From a virus: DNA of 64,000 nucleotides. The notes beneath the pieces are model-generated. The model ran no database searches and was not told the origin of the DNA. It was given only the letters and a program-made list of their open reading frames with translations. The stretch covers positions 270,327-334,326 of the IMG/VR virus record IMGVR_UViG_3300049436_000052. One strand, given 5' to 3'. Below are positions 50,434 through 60,405 of the stretch, piece by piece (position 1 is the stretch's first letter; each line of letters opens with the position of its first letter). Made by a program: the position numbers and the translations under genes.

Positions 50434-50715
50434 TTATAGAATATTAGCAACATTATTAGTAATTACATAATGATATTTGTTTGGGCAATTTGTATTTAAA
50501 ATGGATGGAATAAACGATATTTTATTATTCTTTTCAATTAATTTCCATCCATTTTTATCATTTAAATTAAGAACTGACAAATTTACACAACCACATAAAC
50601 ACAAATGAACCACTGTTTTGTATTCTTTTGAAATATAAATAAAATGTTGTTTTAATGTATTAGGAATATATTCAACAAACATTGGTATTATTTCAATCTT
50701 TTTTAGGGTTTTCAT
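50434..50715 (-). CDS. DUF6527-like protein
   Basis: HLCLCGC, W, PSI, C..HY. Confidence 0.5.
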   Translation of the reverse strand: MKTLKKIEIIPMFVEYIPNTLKQHFIYISKEYKTVVHLCLCGCVNLSVLNLNDKNGWKLIEKNNKISFIPSILNTNCPNKYHYVITNNVANIL

Positions 50716-51299
50716 TAGAAATTATTTTTCAAATTTTCTTTTTAACTGTTCATATATTCTACGTTCTTCCAAATCTTGTTTATTTTTTTCCACTTCAAGT
50801 TTTTCTCTTTCAATGTCTGAATATAACTTTTCAAGATCAATATCAATTGTTTGATTAATTTCATACAACTCACAGACTTCAAGTTCTTGCTCATGATCTT
50901 TGGTATAGTTTTCTTTGATTTGATTAGCAATTATTTTTTTAGCTTCTTCAAGATTTGAAGTTTTGATGTTAATTATAGTTTCACCACAAGCAATTGTATA
51001 ATCACAACCTTGTCCTTTTTGTTTAATAAATGCTTTGTATAACATATTTTTAAGAATTAAAAATCATTTTAGAATAACTTTTTATTGATTCATAATCATT
51101 TAATGAAGTTTTTAAACTTTTTATATAATTTTAAATAATAATCTTACTAATTCTTCATTTGATTTAACTGGACGATTGTAATCTGCTCTAATTAAATAAA
51201 AAGGTATTTCTTCTTCGTCTGTAAAAATATCCCATAAATGTGGATGTGGGAGATAACCGTGAAGTTTTTCTGAATAAATTTTAGCTTGTTTCTTTTTCA

Positions 51300-51683
51300 T
51301 TAAATTAAAATATTATTTTCTTTTATTAAATCATAAACTTCATTTGCAACCCAAGTACATATATATGCAACAGGTTCATCGTTATCAAAATCTGCAACAA
51401 ATCCTCTATTTTTTGCAATAATATTAGTAGCGTGTAATATTTCGTGATGAATATCGCCATGAGTTATTTTTTGTAGATGTTTAAAGTTTAATACAATTAA
51501 TGGACAATTAAATCCTTCATAAAAAATTTCAAATGTGTGTGCAAAATTTTCATCTTCATCCAAATCATCTACATATTTAGTAATTTTATTAATGTTATTA
51601 CTAAAAATAATAAGTAAATGACCATTATATAATGGAATTGGGGTTATTTTTTTTATGAAATATTTTTTATTATTTTTTGTCAT
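51300..51683 (-). CDS. Putative zincin-like protein
   Basis: HEILH motif followed by DEPVAY. Confidence 0.45.
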   Translation of the reverse strand: MTKNNKKYFIKKITPIPLYNGHLLIIFSNNINKITKYVDDLDEDENFAHTFEIFYEGFNCPLIVLNFKHLQKITHGDIHHEILHATNIIAKNRGFVADFDNDEPVAYICTWVANEVYDLIKENNILI

Positions 51684-53604
51684 TAAAACGTTTTTTTATT
51701 AGTTACATGTCAATATAAAGTTTTTTACCACAAAATTTACATTTTTCGATATAGTATCTATCTTGATGATCTGTATGAATTGTTTTTGTTTTTTTATGAT
51801 CACAAGTTCTTTGAAGAAGAATTTTGGCAAATCTATTTAACAATCTTTTCATTTGATTTACTGTTTTTAATAATCTATCCAACTACTTTTCTTTGTTTTT
51901 CCATCATACCAAGGCCACGTTTCTTTAGCTTTTTTCAAATCATTATTTGAATATTTCTTCAACCAGAGCCATTGTTCCCAATATTTGTCATCACCCTTGA
52001 ATATATAAAATTGAAACCACAACCATTCGAATAAAATCTTTGGAGATAACTGAACTCGTGGTGAATTATTTTTATCTTTCCATATCAAGCCATTTTTTCT
52101 AAAATAGGGTTTCCATAGGAAATGTGATGATTTGTAAAAACGAAAAATCAATTTTGGTTTTTTCATTCATAATATTTTAATCTTCATCTCCAAATTCTTC
52201 ATATAGTTCATCAACGCAACGGTTACATAACCCATTGTTATAATTATAAACTTCTTCGGATATTGTTCTACCACATTTTTTACAATTATACGTTATGTCA
52301 ACATAATCCGAATCATCATTGTTATTGAATTTATTCTTTTTCATAGACTTTTTAGTTTTTCTTTATATTGTTCAACTGTTTTTAATATTTCTTCTTTAAG
52401 AGATTTATTTGTTCTATCTATCTCGAATTTCTTTAACAAATATATTATCTTACCAAAACTATTTGCAGTACGAGCCACATAACTAAATTGAGATTTAAAT
52501 GCTTTTACTAAGTTTGTATATTCATCAAAATGTTCAATAAAACCATCTTCTTTAACTACTTTAATAGCATTCTTATTAAATTTATATAACGGATCGAATT
52601 CATTATTTTCCATTGTTATCTACTTTAAACGTTTTTTCACAATACTCACACTGAACATAATCATATGGCGTTTCTTCTAATTTTCCACCACATGAAGGAC
52701 ATGGAGCTAAAATCAAATTAAGTTTAATTAATTCTTTTTCAACTTCTTTTAAAAGATCTTGTTTATCGTGCCACGAACTTATTGGTTGTTGATTTTCATC
52801 AAATTTCCAATATCTATCAATTAGATCTAAAATTATATGCATAAAATTAGTTATTATTTTTGAATTTTCTCAAAAAGTGGTTTATTTAGAGTTTCTACAA
52901 AAGAATTCTGTTTTTCAGGCAATTTTTCATCAGTTTCATCAAAATCCAACCAATCTTCCTTATCAGACATTTTATTTTCTGACTGAAATTCAACAGAGTT
53001 AAATTTCTTCATTGGATCAAATTTATTTGCAATTTCTTCCATTGTTTTTTATTTTTAAACGTTTAGTAACTAAAATCCTTCATACTTAATTTCTTCCCAC
53101 ATTTTCTTTTCACAATCAACACATAATCTATGATCAACACATCTATTTGTAGATATAACTTTTCCACATTCTTTACATTTTACAATTAAAAACATATAAA
53201 CAAATTTCTTTATAGTTCTTTTAATGTCTTTTTTAATATATTTGATGAGATTATCTGCAATATCTTTTTCTATTAATTTAATTAAACCAGCCTTAGAATG
53301 ATCATTATTCTTCCATTTTGCAAAAATATCACCATCATAATTATAACAATTATCATAATCATTAACAAGACTATTATATTCATCAATAGAACTAAATCCT
53401 TTTGAATCAGTGGGTAAAACACCCATTTCACTAAATTTCTTTATTGGATTAAATTCATTTATGGTTTTTTTCATTATTTTTTGTTTTTAAAAATTAAATA
53501 ACTACTTTTTATTCTATTATACGAAAAATTATTAAAAATGTTTTATTTTTCATCACAAAATTACAAATTATTTTTTAATTCCTTTATAGTATTTATATTA
53601 AAAA

Positions 53605-54054
53605 ATGTTAAATATTATGAAAAGGTCTTTAAAATCGTTAATTGGCGAAGAAATAAAAAATATTATCAATGAAGGTTATGTGATGAATGATGATCGTTTT
53701 AAATTTCAACATAGGGTTGAAAATCCATCTTTTTTTAACACTAATTCATTTAGTGCTGACTATGATACTGATATAAGTGAAAGCAATATCACAATCTTCT
53801 GGAATGTCTCGTTCTGGTTAAACGATTTTGGTATCGAAAATTTAATTATAAACGTAGAAAAGGTTGAAGGAACATATACATTAGAACTCATTAACAAACA
53901 AAGTGGAGAAACTGAACAAGAATCTGAAAAAAACATTAATGAAATCGAATGGAATTTTATTGTAGATGATGCCACTCTTCAAAAAGGAGGTAGTTTGTAT
54001 GTCTCTGATTTAATATTTGATTTTGCTAAAAAAACTTGTGAAGTTCAATTTTAA
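53605..54054 (+). CDS. Hypothetical acidic protein with LIGEEI motif
   Basis: AGTATTTATA at 53588-53597 upstream. Confidence 0.55.
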   Translation: MLNIMKRSLKSLIGEEIKNIINEGYVMNDDRFKFQHRVENPSFFNTNSFSADYDTDISESNITIFWNVSFWLNDFGIENLIINVEKVEGTYTLELINKQSGETEQESEKNINEIEWNFIVDDATLQKGGSLYVSDLIFDFAKKTCEVQF

Positions 54055-54112
54055 CGAATAAATATAAAACCAAAATCCTATTAATATAATTATTATTAAT
54101 AGGATTTTTTCT

Positions 54113-54403
54113 TTAAAACATAATTTCAACATAATCTCTTTGAAGAACGTTTGAAAAAGTTTTTACAATTTTAACTGTTTTTTTCATCCATTGTTTGCGA
54201 TTCTTTGAAACTAATTTCCAGTTTGGATGTTTTAGATTTTCAATACTATCATATGTTCCAAAGCAATCCCATGTACAATTTTCTCCTCGATGATAACCAC
54301 ATCTTGAACATCTTATTTTACCAACATGTTCAAGATATCTTTTGTAAATTCTATTGAATTCACCACGATTTGTTGTTTTTCCTAAAATTTCTTTTGTTCC
54401 CAT
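54113..54403 (-). CDS. Basic hypothetical protein with a CxxC-H zinc site
   Basis: CSRCGYHRGEN, PNWKLVSKNRKQW. Confidence 0.55.
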   Translation of the reverse strand: MGTKEILGKTTNRGEFNRIYKRYLEHVGKIRCSRCGYHRGENCTWDCFGTYDSIENLKHPNWKLVSKNRKQWMKKTVKIVKTFSNVLQRDYVEIMF

Positions 54404-56551
54404 TGTTTTCTAAGATTTAACCTAGAAAACAGATGCCCCTTCATTAGATAAATTTATTTTCATATTACTTTTTCTTTTTTTTCTTTATTATTGTACTTTT
54501 CTTCCTAACTGGATCGTTAATTTTTATTGGTTTTCCACAGCAATTATCGTTATCGTTTTTCTTTTTCATTTATTCAAATGGTTTTCCAAAAACATCACTA
54601 TCTTTCATAGATAATTTATTGTTTTTTACTAAATCTTGTTTTATTGTGTCAAGAACCAAACAGCAAATGTTTATCATGTCTTTCTCAAAGTAAGAAATAA
54701 ATTCATTCACTTGTTTTTCACTTGCCAATGATATTATTTCTTTTGCTTCTTTTCGATATTCTTTAGCAATTTCATTATCAATGATAATATTTGCTTTGTC
54801 TTTTAATTCCATTGCTTTATTATATAAATAGGTTAAACTTTAGGAATAATATATCCATCACCATTTTTATCATTAAATTCATGACTTGATAAAAATTTCT
54901 TCGATAATTTATCTTTTTCATCAAAATCAATATTATCATCTACATCATTTATAGAATTTTTATAAATTTCCAATAATTCGTTTAATTTATCAAATAAGTT
55001 CCACATAATTTAAAATAATATTCTTTTCTTAATAATTTTATCAAAATCATTAAAGTTATTAAAATCCCATCTAATTCTTTTAGTTCGTTTTTGTTTCATT
55101 AATCGAACCCCACACAATTTATTATTAACAATTTTAGTTCCAATACAATATCCAAAATACCTTAAAATTGGATTAATCAATACTTTTAATAATGAACGAT
55201 GATTAGCGATCTTTCCATTTTTATATAATATTCCTAAATTTAATTTCATTATATTTTTTTATCTTTTCTAAAAGAAGTTTTCAAATCAAAACCATGTTTA
55301 ATGATTTTTGTTCTATTATCAACTTCAACAATTTCTTTTCCATTACTACCCAAAACACCACCAAGAAACATACTTATTTCCTGAAAAGCCTGATAAGAAC
55401 CAAAAACTTTATAAAATTGATAATATTTTAATAGTGGATTAATAATAAATTTTTCATAATAATGTGAATTGAATTTATCAAATCTAAGCGAATATGAACT
55501 TTCGTAAACAAAAATAGGTGTATTATATTCCCTAAATTTATCAATTAGATCAAGATTAGCAATTTTATCATATCGTTCTTTAAAATTATCTCTTTTGCTA
55601 TGAGCAATAATTGTTTTAATCTCATTAAAATCATAAATAATATCAAAATCTAATTCATTATCATCATTAATATAAAAGAATTTAAAACCAATATATAATT
55701 TTCCACAAAATCCAACAACAATATATTGATAAGATTTATATTTAATATTTGGTTTTAGAGAAGGGGAATTGTAATGTTCTAAATCAACAATTGGTGAAAT
55801 ATTATCTTTTTCTTTTTTTGAAGACCAATAAATTTGAAACAACTTTCTTTTAAGAAATTCTGGGAAATCTTTATCCTTCCAATTGGATATTTTTGGTTGT
55901 CGATCATAAACAATAGTTTTGTCAATACCACTTGTCTGAACAACCCCATCATAATAATCTTTTAAAGAAGACTTGGTTAATATTAACATAATAATTCTTT
56001 TTTATAAATAATATGAAGAAAATATACTCTCGTCAAAAATTTCCTCATCAAGTTCATCAATTACATTTTCAATATTTCTAAAAATATCTAAAATATTAGA
56101 ATCAGTTTCATTTACAAGATAGTTAACAAATGTTTCATCAAGATCATCAACCATCATATGCAAATCCTTTATGTTAAAATTTTTAAAATTCATATATATA
56201 CGTGAAAATTATTAAAATTCATATAAAATATTATATTCATTTCATCGTCAAGTTCAAAAATATTATCTCGCAAATTGCTATCAATTATATTTAACATTTC
56301 ATTATCAATTTCAAATATAAGAGATACATTTAAATTATTTTCAATACTATTAATTTTATAAAACAAATTTCCACTTGAAAAATGCATAGGTTATAATATA
56401 TTATAGAAATAAATTTCTAAAAATAATAGAAAATGTGAAAATTTTTGATGATGTCCAACCGCAAATACTATTTAACGTTATTGAGCATAAAATTTAAAAT
56501 AAACATCAATTAATGCCATTCAAAAACTTCACAAATTTAAAGAAATTTTTT

Positions 56552-56965
56552 TTAATATGAATAAATTAATTCAACTTTTTTCCACTTATCGGTGTTGTAG
56601 TTTAAAACCCAAACAGTTATATCGTATTTAATTGCAACAGTCATTAGTCTTTTTACATATGCATCATCTTTCAAACCTTCAACAATTAAAAGAACGCCTG
56701 GTTTTTTATTGAGTTTATATGCATAATACAAAGATTGCCCCACACCCTCACTCCACCTATCAGCAAATTCGACTTCAATGACAAATGTGTCTGTAACGAT
56801 ATCAACCTTTGCCAGATCGTTTAAAACAACTTCAGTTTTACCATTCATTATTTCAGCAAAACCATCACGATAGTAAGATTCTTTCATTTTTTGAGAAAAT
56901 GATGATAATGGAATTATAGATAAAATTATTGTTATTATAATAATGATAATTATATTTTTCTTCAT
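56552..56965 (-). CDS. Signal-peptide-bearing PD-(D/E)XK-like protein
   Basis: Hydrophobic N-terminus; E..L.D..VD..T..IEV..W.E..GQ..Y. Confidence 0.45.
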   Translation of the reverse strand: MKKNIIIIIIITIILSIIPLSSFSQKMKESYYRDGFAEIMNGKTEVVLNDLAKVDIVTDTFVIEVEFADRWSEGVGQSLYYAYKLNKKPGVLLIVEGLKDDAYVKRLMTVAIKYDITVWVLNYNTDKWKKVELIYSY

Positions 56966-58560
56966 GATTTATAATCTATTTGCACCTAATGTTATTATTA
57001 TTGAGATGAATGCTAACATCTCAATCCACCAAAAATATTTTACTTTTAATAAAAATAGTATTAATGATATAATTCCAAATAATAGTGTTAGATACCACAT
57101 ATTGAAATCAACTATTGTTGAAACCTGAGATAAAATTATTCCACCAAATGCTGATGTCATATGGACATTAAAAGTTAATTTACCGTCTTTAAATGAAGTA
57201 GCAGCACCAACAAACATCATCATTCCACCTGAAAAAAACATTAAAGGAGTTGCACCTATTACTATAATTGGTAAAGAAATTCCCCAAATAAATAATGTGA
57301 ATAAAATTTTTTGTTTATTTGGTAAAACATAGTATGATTGAGATATCGATCTTTGTATACCAAATTTTATGGCAATGTAGAATACATAGGAAACAAACGT
57401 TCCAATTAATAAAACGAACAATAATTGATTTAAACTCATAAACTTAAAATTTTAAAGTGATGCTAAAAAAATTAAAACTAATATTACTAATAATACTCCA
57501 GCACAAATTAGAAAGGTTAGCATTGTTCCACAAAATCTACAGAATTTCTTTTTACCTACCAATTCAACATCACATGATAAACATTTATACATATTAATTA
57601 TTTTAATATATATAAATAGTGTAATTTTACATGGTTTCTAAACTAAATCAATAAATTTTATTTAAAATATAAGAAAAAATCAATTGGCGATGGATTATTA
57701 CCACCAATATATGGCCACAACTTATAACCAAATAGTTTATAATTAGTTACAATATTACTAGATTTGGCGATTAGTTCATTATTTCCTTGATCTATGATTT
57801 CAAATAGAATTTCTTTAGATTTTTTCGAAAAAGATATTGAAAATATATATTTTCTATCGTAATCAATATCACATAAAAATTCAGAAAATCTTCTACTTTT
57901 AATGTAATAGTAAGTACCAATATTAATATTTGAATCATTCAACATTCTAAATGCAAATCGATAAGATTCATTTTTTAAATGATGTCCAAAAGAAATTCCT
58001 AATATTTTACTAAAATCTAATTTATCATTTCCTTCAAACTCAAAATAAGATTTTTTAGGAAATTCAATGACATGAGAAATCTTATATTCTTTCTTTATAT
58101 AAAGAATTAAAGAAAATAATCTTCTAAATAGAATTAATGGCGAATGTTTACCTTTTCTAATTTTAATTATCATCAATAGTATTTTTTATGCCCAAAATAA
58201 ATCCAATAATTAACAATATAATAAAATAACCTAAAGAATATAATCCAATAACAAAATATGTTACATTCCTTGTATTATCTGTGATTACCAAACCAATTAA
58301 AAAAACAATAAATGATATTATCATTTTTAACACAGGTGACTTTAAGAAAATTAGGCTAAATAAGGTTTTCAGAAATTTAAATATTTTTTTCATAACTTTT
58401 TAATATAAATAGTTTAATGCAAAGATATGAAATTATTTCAAAATAAAAAAATTTTAAGAAAATTTGGCATATATAGCCAAATATGGATATATAGTCACTA
58501 TATAAGCCTTTAAGACGATATATTAATTATTTCTTAATAAATAAAACTAAATTTGTTTTG

Positions 58561-58635
58561 TAGCACCGATCCGAATCGAACGGATTTTTTCATCCTTGAA
58601 GGGGATGCGGCTCGACCTATATCGCCCTCAGTGCC
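58561..58635 (-). tRNA. tRNA-Glu(UUC)
   Basis: GGCACTG/CGGTGCT, CATCC-CCTTCAA-GGATG, ATCCG-TTCGATT-CGGAT. Confidence 0.8.
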
Positions 58636-58712
58636 ATATTATTTTCATAAAATTTAATCCATTTTTTTGTACTTTATAAAAAAATACTATAAAGTACAAA
58701 AACTGACTAAGG

Positions 58713-58783
58713 CCGTCCCCGTGAGATTCGAACTCCTCCTACACATCGACAGTGTGTCATGCTACCATTACACTACGAAGACG
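58713..58783 (-). tRNA. tRNA-Asp(GUC), 8-bp acceptor stem
   Basis: CGTCTTCG/CGGGGACG, ACACA-CTGTCGA-TGTGT, G73. Confidence 0.82.
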
Positions 58784-58817
58784 TTATTTTAAAAATATTT
58801 CAAAGAACATTAAATTG

Positions 58818-58891
58818 TACCCCCAGAAGAATTCGAATCTTCAACACACAGTATCTAACGCTGCTACCTCTACCAATTGGGCTATGGGGGC
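58818..58891 (-). tRNA. tRNA-Leu(UAG) with short variable loop
   Basis: GCCCCCA/TGGGGGT, loop GTTAGAT, GAAGA-TTCGAAT-TCTTC. Confidence 0.8.
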
Positions 58892-58902
58892 ATATAAAAA
58901 AC

Positions 58903-58934
58903 AAAAAACCCCAACAAATTCATGTCGGGGTTTT
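58903..58934 (-). terminator. Attenuator terminator upstream of tRNA-Leu/Asp/Glu
   Basis: AAAACCCCGACA-TGAATT-TGTTGGGGTTTTTT. Confidence 0.85.
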
Positions 58935-58961
58935 AGATAAAATTATACAATAATTATATAT

Positions 58962-59054
58962 TTATTTCCCGACAAAACATAACAATTCCTCATCAGCAGC
59001 CCATAGAAGAGTATCTGCTAAAGATAAAGTCAATATGTCGAGTAAATTTTTCAT
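58962..59054 (-). CDS. Leader peptide MKNLLDILTLSLADTLLWAADEELLCFVGK (attenuator of the Leu/Asp/Glu tRNA cluster)
   Basis: Hand translation; 9 Leu, 3 Asp and 2 Glu of 30 residues; TGTCGGG pairs with terminator arm CCCGACA. Confidence 0.82.
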   Translation of the reverse strand: MKNLLDILTLSLADTLLWAADEELLCFVGK

Positions 59055-59248
59055 GTTAAACTGTTGTTCCTACCATTTTCATAAAAAGTAATTTTAATTT
59101 TTTCATAAATACTTTGTTTTTTCAAAAACTTCCCCAAATCATAAGAAATGAGGAAGTTTTTTTTAAAAATAACCTTATAATTAAAACTTTCAAAATGAAA
59201 AGCAAAGATAGATATATTTTCTTAATCTACCAAATATTTTAACATTAT

Positions 59249-59707
59249 TTAACTAATATAAACAAAACCATCATTACCAACGTAAATGTTTTTTTCTTTC
59301 ATGTTCCTAGCAATATTTTGTAGAGTATCATTCCAATCATCAAAAAATCCTACACCATGTCCATTTCTTGACAACCATAAATTATGTCCTAATGCATTTG
59401 CATCATAACTATTTAATTCATCTGGTGCTTGTTCTTTTGCTGTTTTGATAAAATCGATAATATCTTGTCGAGCAATTTCTTTTGATTTTTCATCAACATC
59501 AAAAATTGTTTTTTCTTTTAAACCGTTTTCGTCACTTTCTTCTGCCCATAAAGCAGTTTCTAAGTAACTAGGTAAAACTTCATTAACATCTAAATTATTT
59601 TCTAAATTAACGTTCTCATTTAACATTTTTTTGGGTTTATAGGTGTTATCAATTTTTGACATTAATTCAAATAATTGTTTTTTGTTTCTTGTATCTTTAT
59701 TTTTCAT
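59249..59707 (-). CDS. Conserved phage hypothetical protein
   Basis: YLETALW and GHNLWLSRNGHGVGFFD motifs. Confidence 0.55.
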   Translation of the reverse strand: MKNKDTRNKKQLFELMSKIDNTYKPKKMLNENVNLENNLDVNEVLPSYLETALWAEESDENGLKEKTIFDVDEKSKEIARQDIIDFIKTAKEQAPDELNSYDANALGHNLWLSRNGHGVGFFDDWNDTLQNIARNMKEKNIYVGNDGFVYIS

Positions 59708-59971
59708 AGTTTATAATAATTTTTTTAATAATAAGATTTTCAATGTTTTGCCATTGTTCTTAAACGATAATTCAACTTTAGAATTTTCACGAAATTTTAT
59801 ATATGATCTTCCCAATTCATCAATAACTTCAACAGTATTTACATCATTAAGGAAGATTGTATCGTTTTTCATCTCAACCAATTCTTCGTTCGATTTTTTT
59901 AAATTCATTTAAAAAACATTTTATATAAATACTATAAAAAGTTATTAATTAAACGTATTATTTAAAAATAG

Positions 59972-60054
59972 TTGCTCTGGCAGAATTCAAATCTGCACGC
60001 CTTACGGCACAAAAGTCAAAGTTTTGCGAGTCTAATCAATTCCTCCACAGAGCA
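59972..60054 (-). tRNA. tRNA-Gln(UUG) with a Leu-like long variable arm
   Basis: TGCTCTG/CAGAGCA, CAAAA-CTTTGAC-TTTTG, variable TGCCGTAAGGCGT. Confidence 0.78.
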
Positions 60055-60065
60055 ATATAGTATTT

Positions 60066-60142
60066 TGGGGGTTAGGTGGAGTATGATTCCACATCTTTCA
60101 AGGTCACAGCTTGATGCTCTATCCATTTAAGCTACTAATCCC
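60066..60142 (-). tRNA. tRNA-His(GUG)
   Basis: G-1:C73, TCAAG-CTGTGAC-CTTGA. Confidence 0.88.
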
Positions 60143-60174
60143 ATATAAATAATCTTAAATTATTTGATTATCAG

Positions 60175-60246
60175 TCGAGCGTGCCGAAATCGAATCGTTC
60201 CTGAATGTTCCAGACATCCCATGCTAACCATCACACCCCACACTCG
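60175..60246 (-). tRNA. tRNA-Pro(UGG), 8-bp acceptor stem
   Basis: CGAGTGTG/CACGCTCG, GGATG-TCTGGAA-CATTC. Confidence 0.78.
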
Positions 60247-60261
60247 AAAAATTTATAAAAT

Positions 60262-60298
60262 AAAAAACCCCATTCAATTTTTATCTTGAATGGGGTTT
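60262..60298 (-). terminator. Attenuator terminator upstream of tRNA-Pro/His/Gln
   Basis: AAACCCCATTCAA-GATAAAAA-TTGAATGGGGTTTTTT. Confidence 0.88.
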
Positions 60299-60321
60299 GT
60301 GATAAAACCTAAAATCATTTT

Positions 60322-60405
60322 TTAAACATAGATTTCCCATTCAACATTTTGTGGATGTTGTGGTTGGGGATGCTGAACGCACAATATGTTTAAAACATTT
60401 TTCAT
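60322..60405 (-). CDS. Leader peptide MKNVLNILCVQHPQPQHPQNVEWEIYV (attenuator of the Pro/His/Gln tRNA cluster)
   Basis: Hand translation; 9 consecutive Q/H/P codons; TTGAATGGG pairs with terminator arm CCCATTCAA; TAAATTTG at 60423-60430. Confidence 0.9.
   Translation of the reverse strand: MKNVLNILCVQHPQPQHPQNVEWEIYV

Noticed and set aside
25829-53065. Recurrent AAACGTTT at gene junctions
   Set aside because: Short and AT-rich, also found inside genes; significance cannot be shown without statistics
32294-58953. Track ORFs 32294..32479, 33666..33947, 48249..48443, 58752..58940 and 58759..58953
   Set aside because: They overlap tRNA genes or lie antisense to leader peptides and are most likely spurious
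33866-60405. T-box riboswitches as the control mechanism of the tRNA clusters
   Set aside because: No UGGNACC T-box bulge or Stem I was seen; leaders are short and contain ORFs with cognate codon runs
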